DNA of 64,000 bases, from assembly GCA_036785375.1 (NCBI GenBank), contig JAWMAR010000872.1:124001-188000 (forward strand), given 5' to 3'. The translations under genes were made by a program, and so were the position numbers. This DNA is from Leucoraja ocellata (lineage: Eukaryota). Below the pieces are notes generated by a model that made no database searches, was not told the origin of the DNA, and saw nothing but the letters and a program-made list of their open reading frames with translations. Below are positions 13,121 to 25,279 of the stretch, in pieces. Numbering within the stretch: the stretch's first letter is position 1; each line of letters starts with the position of its first letter.

Positions 13121-13353
13121 TACTGCATGCTCGCATCTATCCTATAATGTGGTGGACATGCATTGCAGTTGTGACAGAATCAGTATTTTATAAATATAAC
13201 AGCGGGCATGTTCTAGATGGTTTGGAAATGGGCGATTTATTCCATTATCCATGTTCCATGAACAGCCAATAAAGAATTGTCGTTAGTAGGAAAGTGAAGA
13301 AGAGAAAGATCTGGAGGGATCTTGGAATTCAAGAGCTGTTAATATTCGGACAT

Positions 13354-13737
13354 GGGCCTGTCCCTCTGTTCGAGTTCACCCAAGAGCTCTCCCGAGTTAA
13401 AAAAAAATTAAACTCGTGGGAAGCAAGTAGAATGTACGTAGCAGGTACGTCGGAGCTCTGGACGTCTCTTAGTGGCTCGTAACGCTAACGGCAGGTCCCC
13501 GGGAAACGTGGTAAGCTCGGGAAGACTCGTGAAGATTTTTCAACATGTTGAAAAAAAATTAAACTCGTGGGAAACACGTAGAATGTACGTAGCGGGTACG
13601 TCGGAGCTCTGGACGTGTTGAAAAATGTCCACGAGAGCCCCGAGTACCTACGAGCGGCCATTATCGTAATTCTCCGAGTTCGAATCAGAGGAAACATGGG
13701 AGAACTCTTGAATTAACTCGTGCAGTGGGACAGCCCC
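13354..13737. mobile_element. MITE with ~23-bp TIRs (PIF/Harbinger-like non-autonomous DNA transposon)
   Basis: Left end GGGCCTGTCCCTCTGTTCGAGTT vs reverse complement of right end GGGGCTGTCCCACTGCACGAGTT (19/23). Perfect 20-bp central palindrome tttttcaacatgttgaaaaa at 13536-13555. CpG-rich. Confidence 0.75.
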
Positions 13738-14129
13738 GTAAGGGTCTTTGACTTTGCACAGATAATGCCTGACCTGCTGAGTGCTTCTAGTATTTTCTGT
13801 CTCTATTTCAGACTTCCAGCATTTGCAACTTTGTGAATTTCTTTTATAAAAGTCGACTTGACTGACTCGATGCCTCTACTAATAAAAGAAATGTTCCCTT
13901 GAGAATCTTTGAACAGCGTTCTCAACCTGACCTGTTATATCCAATGATTTATGCATATGTACCTCCACATCTCCTTCGGCCCCTGGATCCCTTTTTATGA
14001 TCGTGGCCTCTCGTTTACATCGCTTCTCTTCATTCTTCCAAAACATGACACCTTGCTTTAAATTTCATCAAATGCCATCCAGTCTATATCCTCTTCAAGT
14101 CTACAACCTTCTCCTTCGCAGCTCACTAC

Positions 14130-14400
14130 ACTTCCATATTTTGTGTTTCTACAGATGCACTACTGAAAGTATCCTGCATCTCAGTTTGTACAGAAGCTCT
14201 GCTCTTGAACATCTGAACCTACAGGGAGTGCTGAACACAGCTCAGTCGATTCCAATCAGTCCATCTTCACAATGTGTTCCTTGATGATACTTCCACAAAG
14301 CTGGAAGTATCATCAAGGATACTTGCCACCCAGGCCATCCTCTTTTCTCTCTTCTACCTTCTGGGAGAAGGTACAGGAGATTGAAAACTTGCCTCTTCCC
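14130..14400 (+). mobile_element. Degraded Rex1/Babar LINE 3' fragment
   Basis: FYRCTTESIL motif in ORF 13997-14284 and an HPGH.LFS.LPSGRR-like stretch near 14325-14375. Confidence 0.6.
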
Positions 14401-14442
14401 CACTACTATACAACTCCTGAACTAATCACCTCTTTTATACTT

Positions 14443-14542
14443 TTATACACGTCTAAAGAAGGGTTTTGGCCCGAAACGTTGCCTATTTCCTTCGCTCCAT
14501 AGATGCTGCCCCACCCACTGAGTTCCTCCAGCTTTTTTGTGT
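14443..14542 (+). mobile_element. 100-bp PLE terminal fragment with mutated hammerhead
   Basis: Perfect 15-bp TSD acctcttttatactt (14428-14442 / 14543-14557). Core reads CTAAAGA (G5 to A)..GGGTT-tt-GGCCC-GAAAC-GTT. Confidence 0.8.
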
Positions 14543-14590
14543 ACCTCTTTTATACTTCCTTGCCTGAGGTGTTGCCATGTGCTCCTACTC

Positions 14591-14592
<2 letters not shown>

Positions 14593-14624
<32 letters not shown>

Positions 14625-15379
14625 ATTTTATTTATGGGCGCCTTTCAAGAGTCTCAAGGACACCTTACAAAAATTTAGCAGGTAGAGGAAAAACATGTAA
14701 GGGGAATTAAATAAATAGTAGAGACATGACTACTACACAAAGTAAAGACAGAATTCAATTCAAAACACAATATGAGGCAATTAATGCACAGATGAAAAGG
14801 GAGGGGGACGTGGGGCTAAGGATAGGCAGAAGTGAAGAGATGGGTCTTGAGGCGGGACTGGAAGATGGTGAGGGACACGGAATTGCGGATCAGTTGGGGG
14901 AGGGAGTTCCAGAGCCTGGGAGCTGCCCTGGAGAAGTCTCTGTCCCCAAAACTGCGGAGGTTGGATTTGTGGATGGAGAGGAGACCGGCTGATGTGGATC
15001 TGAGGGACCGTGAGGGTTGGTAGGGGGAGAGGAGATCAGTGAGATATGGGGGGGGACAGATGGTGGAGGGCTTTGTAGGTGAGAATAAGGATTTTGTAGG
15101 TGATCCGGTGGGAGATGGGAAGCCAGTGAAGTTGTTTGAGGACTGGAGTGATGTGATGCCAGGATTTGGTGTGGGTGATGAGTCGGGTGGTTGCGTTCTG
15201 GACAAGTTGGAGTCGGTTGATGTAGGTGGAGCTGATGCCAAGGAGAAGTGAGTTGCAATAGTCCAGTCAGGAGGAGATGAAGGCATGGATGAGCCTTTCA
15301 GCAGCGGGAGGTGTGAGAGAGGGTCTGAGTTTGGCGATGTTGCGGAGATGAAAGAAGGAGGTTTTAATGACATTTAATG
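14593..15379 (-). mobile_element. L2-clade LINE, 5'-truncated, young
   Basis: ORF2 C-terminus ...RLDYCNSLL...HITPVLKQLHWLPI (frameshift in a poly-C run) ...RSLRS...AAPRLWNSLP...RLKTHLF. (ATT)n tail at 14593-14622. 8-bp TSD actcttaa (14587-14594 / 15380-15387). Confidence 0.9.
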
Positions 15380-15548
15380 ACTCTTAACTCTACCTCAATG
15401 TTTATTCCAATATTGTACTGCTTTATTCTTTTGTACTGCTTGGGGTTTGCATGACAATCTTACACACGTCTGCCATTTTGCAGTAATCATTGTATTTATT
15501 ATTGTATTTATCATCATTTTATATATACTGTTTATAATGTAAACTTTG

Positions 15549-15838
15549 TGGAACATAGAACAGCACAGCTCAGACACAGGCCCTTCGGCCCACAATGTCT
15601 ATACTCAACATGATGCCAAATTAAAGTAATCTCCTCTGCCTGCATGTGATCCACATCCCCCCATTCCCTGCTTATTCAGGTGCCAGTCTATTGGTCTCTT
15701 AAATGTCACCAACATATTTGCTTTCACTACTTCCCGTGGCAGTGTGTTCCACACACCCATTTCTCTCTGTGTAAAAATAACATCCCACACATCTCCTTTA
15801 AATTTTCCTCTCTGATATTAAAGTTTTGCCTCTGAGCC
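15549..15838 (-). mobile_element. CR1 3' fragment
   Basis: ORF 15605-15790 reads FTQREMGVWNTLPREVV; CR1 3' UTR follows. Confidence 0.75.
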
Positions 15839-16626
15839 TTGGTTGGCATGGATGATTTGGTTTGGAGGATCTGTTTCCATGCTGTATAGGTCTATGATTG
15901 AGTATGTGACTCCACTGATATCTGGGGAACATCACTGCACAGGTCCCTGGGTTCTCGTCATTATTTCTCATCATTTAAGTCTTTTTCTATCCATACTGCT
16001 CCAATTCTCTTTCATCAGTCTTGATGATGAACTTTTTACGTGGCACTTTTTATAGTGCCTTTTGAAAGTCCTTACACAATATATCAATGCTCTTCCTCAT
16101 TAACTTTACCTCATCACAATTGATCAATCAAGTTAATCAAACACAATTTCCCTTTAAGAAATCCTTGCTTGCTTTCACTCATCAATTCACACTAGTCCAA
16201 ATGATAGTTAGTAATGTCCCTACTGATAATTTCTAACATTTTCTGTAGCGCTGACTGGATTGTAGGTGTTTGGGTGAGAACTTGGATATGGTTACGTTCC
16301 TAAACACCTAAACTCTCTAGATGTTAGAACTTGTGGATTTGGGAATTGTCACAGATACTAAAATAGATCACAAATGGGTTATCCACATTAAGTGACATCT
16401 CTTTTCTCTCCCGAGACTTCACCATCAACACTTGGATGCAACATAGGGGGGGGCAATAGATAATTTTCATTGACTTCAATTTTCCTCTGGGTCCTTACTG
16501 AGACTCTTTGAGAAATAATGCATAAATGTGAAGGACAATTGCTGTCATTTCACCTCTGGTAATGAGCTTATTCACCATGTTTGGATCAAGGGTACAATGA
16601 AGTCTGGAAATGAATTGTCGAGCATT

Positions 16627-16800
16627 GACCATAGCCATATAACAATTACAGCATGGAAAACAGGCCATCTCGGCCCTTCTAGTCCGTGCCGAACACTTAC
16701 TCTCACCTAGTCCCATCTACCTGCACTCAGACCATAACCCTCCATTCCTTTCCCGTCCATATACCTATCCAATTTATTTTTAAATGATAAAATCGAACCT
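16627..16800 (-). mobile_element. CR1 3' fragment
   Basis: Reverse complement closely matches 49870-50030. Confidence 0.8.
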
Positions 16801-18475
16801 ACATAGCGCTACATTTTGAAAACATCTGTATTGTAGCTGGCTTTGATATTGTATGGAGTGAATTTTCTAAAGACCTCTAAAGAACAGTATATATCCCTTC
16901 AGAAAGGGATTGTAATAGATTGCAAATTAAAATTTATGTCAACAAATGGGTTCAAATATTTTATTTGTCATCTTTCATTTATTCTTTCTTTGCTCTGCCA
17001 TCACTGAACATAAGACAGTCAGCAGAGCTTTCTCTTCTTACTATTGTTGAATTATCCATTCCCATGCATAACATATATAGCAGGTCCTTGGAGCTTTGAT
17101 CTGATTTGTTGGCTGTGCCATTGATCACCTGACATCAGTACGCTGCTTGGATTTTTCTGTGTTATATCTTCACCAGATTTCCAACTCTTTCTATATAAGA
17201 ACTTTAGTCAGCTTGGTCAGTGATGATGTTGGTGAAGGCCTTCTATGTCTGTTGCTAAAGGTAGTTTGGTAATAGCACTACTGGCTGAGATGGTGGATTG
17301 GAGAATGGGGATATGGTCACAAGCCATCCATGAATCTTCCTCCTCCTCGCCACCTCCACATACATCTCAGTTCAAAACATGGGTGTTCCACAAATATTAT
17401 CGAAGAGTTCTGAAACAGTTACACTTCCCTTCTGTCAGTTGGATTCTCATATCCAAATTACTGCTTTCAGACAAGGATGTTTCAAAACAGTAGCTTTCAA
17501 TGCGGAGCAGAAAATAATACATTCATTGTGACTGCTTTGTGTCTCAACAAATAGTGAATGCATACCGTTTCGCCCGGAGTACATTTTTGTAAAGAACTAG
17601 CTACATTTATAGAATATTAGTCAAACAATTATTAAAGATATTGAGGTGCAGGAAGTGAAATAAGAATTATTCATAAATTCAGCAAGGGGAGTTTGCATGA
17701 TTTAGAACAGTTAGAGCACAGTTTTCCTTTGAATATATTTTAGGTTCATGATATCTGTTAAAGGAGGCGAAAGGTTAGTTAAGCTTCAGTTACTATTTTT
17801 GGACAATTTGTGGTTGTCAGGTAGTACTGTGGTCTGACCTCAACAGTGATGTTTGATGAGTTTGCAAAATGCATTATAGAAAAGTGAACACATCAGGTTT
17901 ACCGCAGCATAGGTTATAATAATTTAACATATAAACAATCTGGCTTGAAGCTCTAAGATAAAATAAGAAAAACTATGTTGTAGATTTTACCGAGGCACCT
18001 TATGTCTGTCAATGTGTATATCTGAACCTTTTTTCTAACAGAAATTTCTAACCAATTATGCTTATTTTTTTAGAATTGCTTAGGATTTTTACATTATCAG
18101 GCAATTAAAACTTGCCTGATAATTTTTAAGAATAAATAAAGAATAAATGAATTAGGAATTTATGTGGTTTATGAAGATTCATTTTCATGAGGATTCTCCT
18201 TGAAATAACATTCAAACTCACTTGGGGCACCTCAGATTTTAGCCAAATTTCTTTGGATGGAATTTATTGCATGTATTCAGGAGAGTTTCCTCAGGTAATA
18301 TATAAAAGGCTCTACCAGGGTGATGACAAAACTTGAACTAATATTGGGAAACAGGGCAAAGCAAGTACTGAGGGGGAGTGACGGAGTACTTCAAGACTAA
18401 TAGGTCTATTTAGTTACAGAATAGAACATAACTGCTCCACAGGTTTTATTACATTGGGGCAAGGTGAATTTTAAT

Positions 18476-18780
18476 GACTTAGAGATATAGTGTGAAAACA
18501 GCCCCTTTGGCCCACTGAGTTCTCGCCAATAATTCATTACCCACTCACACTAGTTGTTTGTTATCTCACTCTCTAGTCGTTCCCTACACGTTAGGGGCAT
18601 TTTTTGCAGAGGTCATTTAATCTACAAACCAGTATGTCTTTGGGATGTGGGAGGAAACTGGAACACCCAAAGGAAACTGATTTGGTCACAGGGAGAACGT
18701 GCTAACTCCACACAGACAGCAGCCGGTCAGGATGGAACCCAGGTGTCTGGCACTGTGAGGCAGCAGCTCTAACAACTGTT
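18476..18780 (-). mobile_element. tRNA-derived V-SINE (HE1-like)
   Basis: Reverse-complement similarity to 24031-24331; degenerate B box near 18730-18739; V domain; CR1-derived tail. Confidence 0.75.
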
Positions 18781-18789
18781 CCAATATGC

Positions 18790-20318
18790 AGCTTAGTATT
18801 TGACAGGCGGTTGTAAAAGTTGATTGGAGTAGGTTGTGTGTGGGTAAATGGGTATTGAACAAGTGGGAGGCTTTTAAAAGTGACATTGTGAGAGTTCAAG
18901 GTCTCCATCTTCCTATTAGAGTGAAGGGCAAGGCTGGCAGTAGGGAACCCTGGTTTGAGGCTCTGGACTGAAACAAGATGCAAGCATGGGTTAGACACAG
19001 GCAACTGGGATCAAGTGGATCTCCAGAAGAGAATAGGAAATGCTGGAGTATACTTCAGCAGGTAATTGGGAGGGCATGAGAAAGCTTTGGCAGACAAGAG
19101 TAAGGAGAATCCAAAGAGATTTTATGTGTACTAAGGTTAAAAGAGTAACTAGGTAGAGAGGATATCCCCACAAAAGCCAAAGTGGACATCTATGTGCAGA
19201 GCTCCAGGGTGTGGGTGATGTCCTCAATGAACATTTCACCTCTGTATTTGGCCACAGAGAAAGACATAAAGATGAGGAAACTCAGGAAAGTTAGTGGGGT
19301 GACCTTGGGGCTAGTATGCATTACAGTAGAGAAAGTGCTGGATGCCTTAAAATGTATGAAGGTGAATGAATCTCCAGAGCCTAAACAGGTATATCCTAAA
19401 CTAAACTAAACAGTGGGACCTGAGAGTACAACCTCGTAGTTCCCTGGGTGTGGAGCCATAGGTAGGCAGAGTGATGAAGTAAGCTTTTGGCTAGGTAGCC
19501 ACAAACTGCTGGAGTAACTCAGCGGGACAGGCAGCATCTCTGTAGAGAAGGCATGGGTGACGTTCCAGGTCGAGACCCTTCTTCATTAGTCTGAAGAAGG
19601 GTCTTGACCCGAAACATCACCCATTTCTTCTCTCCAGAGATGCTGCCTGTCCCGCTGAGTTACTCCAGCGGTTTGTATCTACCTTCGATTTAAACCAGCA
19701 TCTGCAGTTCTTTCCTACACATACTAAAGCTTTTGGCTAGCTGGCCTTCATCAGTAAGGACATTAAGTGGAGAAGTTGGGGCACTATACTTTGACTCGTG
19801 ACTTTGATGAGGTGACATTTGGTACATTAATGCTATGATTTAGTCCCCCTACTATAAGAAGAAAGCCATGAAGTTGGAAACAATGCTGAAAATGTTTTAC
19901 AGTGATGTTGCCAGTACTTGAGGGAGTGAGGTTTTTAAGGAGAGGTTGGGCAAGCTAAGACTTCTTTCCTTGGAGGATAGGAGTGAGGGGTGATCCCCTA
20001 CGGGTGTAAAAAAACATGAGGGAAATGGTGAATGCTCAGGGTTGGCTAATCAGGAACTAGAGGGTACAGATTTATGGCAAGGGGAAAGATTTAATAGGAA
20101 CCTGAGGGGCAACCTTGTCATACAGAGGATGGTACATATATGGCAGATGAAGTGGTTGAGGCAGGTACTACAGCAACAAAAAGACATTTGAATAAATCCA
20201 CAGATAACAAAGGTTTGTTGGGAAATGGGTCAAATGTGAGGAAATGGAACTAGCTCAGATGGGCATCCTGGTCAACATGGATAAATTGGGGTAAGGGGTC
20301 TGTGCTCTATGATTCCAA
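18790..20318 (+). mobile_element. Degraded CR1 LINE (ORF2 pieces and 3' end), hosting a PLE palindrome
   Basis: LADK.KENPKRF (about 19085-19125) and EKVLDALKCMKVNESPEP motifs, followed by 3' ORF2/UTR motifs. Confidence 0.7.
19495..19726. mobile_element. Fold-back PLE-derived mini-element with two opposed hammerhead motifs
   Basis: Inverted arms of about 90 bp (19494-19585 / 19592-19683). Perfect 14-bp TSD aagcttttggctag (19481-19494 / 19727-19740). CTGAAGA at 19591-19597, GAAAC at 19611-19615. Confidence 0.88.
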
Positions 20319-21424
20319 ATGCATGTATCATTTTAATGTTTCACCTGCATTATGTTGCAGAGATGAATGGGTTAACAGAATGCAATACTTTAAAATTTAG
20401 AATAAAAATAGTTTCACTTTGTCATCTATTAAGAACACTGTCAGGGGTTTGGACCAGAGACTTGTATCTGCATGCTATTGTCTGATTCCAAGATTTTTCC
20501 TTCAAGGCTCTTCCTACTTCCTCAGATACACATTTGTTATTTGCCAGTCTCCCGTTTTCTCATTTACTCCGTTTGCTTCCTCTTTTAGATGGGAAAGTAC
20601 AAGAGGTGAAACTTGTTGGATGAACTTTTTGCTCCATTGGCACTTTTTTCCTCTTCACGTGGAATGAGTCCAGTATTTGGGATCATTGCATCCAACAGAC
20701 CCAAGGCAAACCCTGGGGAATTCTCCATGAATGATAGTTAAAGTTGTCAACTGAGATTGCTTATTAGCATGGGACTTTGGTAATGTGTGCTAATACCCAG
20801 CATACTGAAATAGGATGGCCAATTTTAACTTGGCCTGCTTGTTAGAACTGTAGGAGAAGCTGAGTTAAAATTGCTGTGCACCATTTACTGTCCAGCTAAT
20901 GCTCAAATGCAGTTTTTCCTGGCTTTCTGCTGAAATATATAAGTGCCTGTCTGAGTCAGTTCAGAGCCTCAAACCTTGATATAGATTACAGTCCAATGTT
21001 GTGCAGCAGACTTGGATGGGATATGCAGGATCTGGGCAGTTAGGAAAAAAGCCTCACAAATATAAGCCACATTTAATTTTGTGTGATGGAGGTGAGCTGT
21101 TGGAGCTTCCAAAAGTATAACGTACTGATTGGTGTGTCAGCTTCCACCTCCCTCACCGTTCCCAGTTCGATTAATTTCAATTCATCCTCATGTCAACCTA
21201 CCTACTTCCCATCTTGCTAGATTGGTTCTGGGCTACCTAATGTTAATTGGGCTGATGTTCATTTGGTAGTCATTGTTGACAAGGTAAAGGTTTAGGAGTA
21301 AACGGAGTATATTGCCAGCAGGAACAGGTGATCCCTTTTGCCTACCTGTTCCATCCTGGAGTTAAAATACTCACCAGTGATTTTGTATATCGGTGAGTAT
21401 TAGGAAAGTTAAATTTCTATGGAA

Positions 21425-22290
21425 CGTTCAATGGTTCTTTGTTTATTGTCATCTGTACACTGCAAGGTGAAATTATTTTTGCATAGATCACACATGCACG
21501 AGTCGCCACACTTTGGCACCATTTAGAAAAGTCCAAGTAGATGGAGTTTAGAAGGATGAGGGGGTTCTTATAGAAACATATAAAATTATAAAAGGACTGG
21601 ACAAGCTTGATGCAGGAAAAATGTTCCCAATGTTGGGCGAGTCTTAGAATAAAGGGGAGGTCATTTAAGACTGAGGCGAGAAAAAACATTTTCACCCAGA
21701 GAGTTGTGAATTTGTGGAATTCCCTGCCACAGAGGGCAATAGAGGCCAAGTCACTGGATGGATTTAAGAGAGAGTTAGATAGAGCTCTAGGGGCTAGTGG
21801 AGTCAAGGGATATGGGGAGAAGGCAGGCATGGGTTATTGATAGGGGACGGTCAGCCATGATCACAATGAATGGCAGTGCTGGCTCGAAGGGCCGAATGGC
21901 CTCCTCCTGCACCTATTTTCTATGTTTCTATGATGCTCGATGTGCTGGAGCAGCTTCTGATCCAGGTAAACTCCAGGCCGCTGCAGGGCCTCCTCCGTTG
22001 CCCCCGACTAGGTCGGCCCGCGAACTGACGTCCCAATCCTGTGTCCTCGGGGCGCCCCCTGCAGCTGACCTTGAAGGTGTTGGAGGCAATACCCCAGTTC
22101 CTCTCCTACCGGCCCACTCCTCATGTCCATCGTCACCAGCGGCTCCCTCCTCCTTGATTCTCTGGTCTTCGGGGCCGAGCTCGGCAGCTTCTGAGCTCCC
22201 CCCTGCAGGCTGGATCGGGAGTCTTATGCTGCCGCATGGACATCCCGGGATCAAAGGGCGGCTGATTAAACTGCATTGAACTCGGCTGTT
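21425..22290 (-). repeat. Unclassified GC-rich interspersed repeat (probable LINE 3' UTR), split by a CR1 insertion
   Basis: Tail-like gtttattgtcat at about 21441; GC- and CpG-rich 21935-22290 with no recognisable protein. Confidence 0.35.
21543..21932 (+). mobile_element. CR1 3' fragment, young
   Basis: LRIKGRSFKTEARKNIFTQRVVNLWNSLPQRAIEAKSLDGFKRELD in ORF 21607-21840; (TATGTTTC)n tail. Confidence 0.9.
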
Positions 22291-22369
22291 GGCTTCTTGA
22301 GAAAATCAGTTTGCTCCTGATGTTGTTAATATCACGTTCAGATATAGAAATAAGGCATAGGTAGCTGTC

Positions 22370-22502
22370 TGTGTAGAAAGGAACTGCAGGTGCTGGTTTA
22401 TACCGAATAGAGGCACAAAGTACTGGAGTAACTCAGGGGGTCAGGCAACATTTCTGGAGAAAATGTATGGGTGACGTTGCGGGCAAGGACTCTTCTTGAG
22501 AC
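22370..22502 (-). mobile_element. PLE terminal fragment (degenerate hammerhead)
   Basis: gaaaggaactgcaggtgctgg...ctggagtaactcag...gggtgacgttgcggg. Confidence 0.7.
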
Positions 22503-22809
22503 ATTCCACAACCTGATGCCATTTGTTTTTTTTCTCTGAGCTTATATGATTGAGCTTTTATAATATTAGGTCGAAGGAAAAAAAATCATACTGCCATAGT
22601 TGAAGAAATCCAGGTTACAAAGCCCATTGGATCACATACTGGATAGTTCAGGTGCACAAATTAATTCTTCCTCCCAAAATATGCCAGAATGGATAACAGT
22701 TTCAATGTTGTTGGGCACAACAGATTAGTTTGGAACATGGTGACAGTAGTGAGATGATGATTATCTATTTGCTGTTTTTCGTTGTGATTTACTGCCTTGT
22801 TGAAATAAA

Positions 22810-23156
22810 GAACAAAATACATTATGCGGTGTCTTTCATGAGCTCATAATGTCCCAAAGGGCTTTACATACTATTAAATAGTTTTGTATGCAGAAAATAT
22901 TGCAGCTAATTCAGGTACTGCATGGTCCTACAAACAACATTGAGGTAAATGAGTAGGTAACCAGTTTTAGTGATGTTAGCAAAGGGACAGGGCATTGGGA
23001 GAAATCTCCTGTCTATCTGTGAAATGTTGCCTTGGAATCATATTTGTCCAAAATTTAGAGATGGTTTTTTAAATTTCTTCTGAAAGGTGACTCCTCTGAC
23101 AGTGCCGGCCTGGGTTTGCCAGCCATGATTTTGTGCTCAAACATCTCAAATGAGAC
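22810..23156 (-). mobile_element. Deu-domain SINE (SacSINE1/AmnSINE-related), degraded
   Basis: Motifs gtcccaaagggctttaca, cctacaaacaacattgag, gttttagtgatgtt and tgaaaggtgactcctctgacagtgc; reverse complement of 35664-35850. Confidence 0.6.
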
Positions 23157-23525
23157 GTCATTATAATACAAGTAAATAAAAGGAAAATGGATATGATCAT
23201 GACAGGAATAGATGAATATTTTAAATTATATAGAAAATCAATGAATTAAGTAACTTTTTTACTTTTATTCATTTTTATTAAATATTTTATGAATCTTTTA
23301 TATATTCCTGCAATCCTGAGGTCTAAACCACAACTGTGTGCAAATGATTTTGATATATTAAGTGAATATTTACAGGTTATAATTCCAACCTTCGGAAAAC
23401 CTAGATATGGGAATTGTCCCGTTCACATTATATATAAACAATTATTAACCGCATGCAAATATGTATTTAAATGTATAAAATAAGCAGAAACATCTGGGAC
23501 ATTGAGGAAGCAGTTAACAAAGGGA

Positions 23526-23755
23526 AATGTGGAAACAAAGAACTGCCAATTTATACCTTTGCTTATTTATACCAAAGAAAAACATAAAATGCTGGAGTAA
23601 CATCATCATCTCTGGAGAAAAGGGATGGGTGATGTTTCGGGTCAGGACTCTTCTTCACAGTCTGAAGAAGGATCCCGACACAAAATGGCATCCATCCTTT
23701 TTCTCCAGAGGTACTGCCTGACCCACAGAGTTATCCAGCATTTTGTATCGATCTA
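23526..23755. mobile_element. Fold-back PLE-derived mini-element
   Basis: Inverted arms around cttcttca-cagt-ctgaagaag. Imperfect TSD cagttaacaaaggga (23511-23525) / cagttagcaaggga (23756-23769). Confidence 0.7.
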
Positions 23756-24030
23756 CAGTTAGCAAGGGAGCTGGGTTTGATCCTGACCTCAAGCGGTATT
23801 TGTGCAGAGCTAGCACATTCCTCTCATGACAGAGGAGACTGCAGTTGCTGGATCCTGACATCTGACCATAAATGTCATCTGTCCATTTCACTCCACAGAT
23901 ACTGTCTGATCTACTGGAGATGAGCTGCGAGATTAATTGACATCTGAAGGACAAAACAAGTAAAGGGAGTGGTTGGGAGCAAATTGATGGGCAATAGGAA
24001 AATAAGAGGCAGGTAAAGAGACTGGTAGAC

Positions 24031-24331
24031 GGGGCAGCATAGTGGCGTAACAGTAGAATTTCTGCCTTACAGCGCCAGAACCCGGGGTTCGATCCTGACT
24101 ATGGGTGTTGTTTTACCGAGTTTGCATATTCTCCCTGTGACCAGGTGGGATTTTTCCGGATGCTCCAGTTGCCTCCCACATACCAAAGATGTGCATGTTT
24201 TTAGGTTAATTGGCTTCTGTAAATTGTTCCTAGTGTGTGGGATAGAGTGAGTATACAGGTGATTGTTGATTGGCGCAGACCCAGAGGGCTGAAAGGCACG
24301 TTCCCACGCTGTCTCACTAAACTAAACTAAA
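24031..24331 (+). mobile_element. Full-length tRNA-derived V-SINE (HE1-like)
   Basis: A-box-like tagtggcgtaacagtag, B box ggttcgatcc at 24086-24095, V domain, CR1-like 3' end and (CTAAA)n tail. Confidence 0.85.
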
Positions 24332-24611
24332 TGGATTGATCATGAAATAAAAATGCTGGACAGTGTCAACAGGTCATGCTGCACATGTGGAGGATGACTT
24401 TTCCCTATCTCTTCGTTACTTCACATTATACACTCGCTGATCAGCATTGGAAGAAATTGAAGAGAAAATGTATCCAACCTATACCTGGAATGGGTGGCTG
24501 GTCTTATAAGGAAATGTTGGGCAGAATCTAGGTCATGGCTTATTCCTACCTTTCATTTATATGTTTGCATGCTGGAATAAATGTCTATGACGCATTCATT
24601 AGAAGGTTAAC

Positions 24612-24788
24612 AACTTGCTTTCAAGAGAGAGCTAGATAGGGCTCTTAAAAATAGCGTAGTCAGGGGATATGGGGAGAAGGCAGTAACAGGGTACCGATTG
24701 GGGATGATCAGCCATGATCACATTGAATGGTGGTGCTGGCTAGAAGGGCCAAATGGCCTACTCCTGCACCTATTGTCTATTGTCTATT
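24612..24788 (+). mobile_element. CR1 3' fragment
   Basis: ttcaagagagagctagatagggctc...ctcctgcacc with (TATTGTC)n tail. Confidence 0.85.
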
Positions 24789-25279
24789 GAACCATTAACC
24801 CTTCACTCCCTGCAAGGTGCTGCCTGACCTGAGTATTTTCTGAAAAATTTACTGTGTCCGCAGTTTGTTTTGCTTTTTGAAAATGAGATGCCTGGATAGA
24901 AAAGGTGGTATCAAGAAAGAATACATTAGCACTGTAAGATCATATTCGACACTCGCTGTTGAAGAAAATGGGAACAGAAGATATGTTCTGATATTACTGA
25001 ATTGCATGCACAGTCCAAAAGGTTATGAAGTCCTAAATTGAAATAGGAGCCTATATTGAGCTTCTTTGGAACAGGGAAGGAAATGGGTCACATTGGAATT
25101 AGAGTGGTGAATTTTAGCGATAGGTGCCCAGAACATTTTATAGTCAACACCGTCTCTCTGACTCCATTAACTCTGCAGATCAAAGGTGTCACGAGAGTAA
25201 TCCTTGTCGGTCCAAGCCATGTGTGCCATGCTGTGAGATTTGTGATGAATATTTTGGTTAAACCCTGCACTTTTTCTCT

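Noticed and set aside
14816-15373. 185-aa ORF as a host gene
   Set aside because: It is the frameshifted C-terminus of an L2 ORF2 bounded by a tail and TSD.
20649-20675. Third TTCACGT (L3-like) occurrence
   Set aside because: No 3-bp P3 closing a 7-nt loop, no P1/P2 partners, and no CNAA or tail.
21797-22279. 160-aa Pro/Ser-rich ORF, or a CpG-island promoter
   Set aside because: It crosses a CR1 tail into a GC-rich repeat; ORFs on both strands reflect base composition.
24031-24105. tRNA gene
   Set aside because: The A/B boxes belong to a V-SINE head; there is no cloverleaf and the sequence continues into the V domain.
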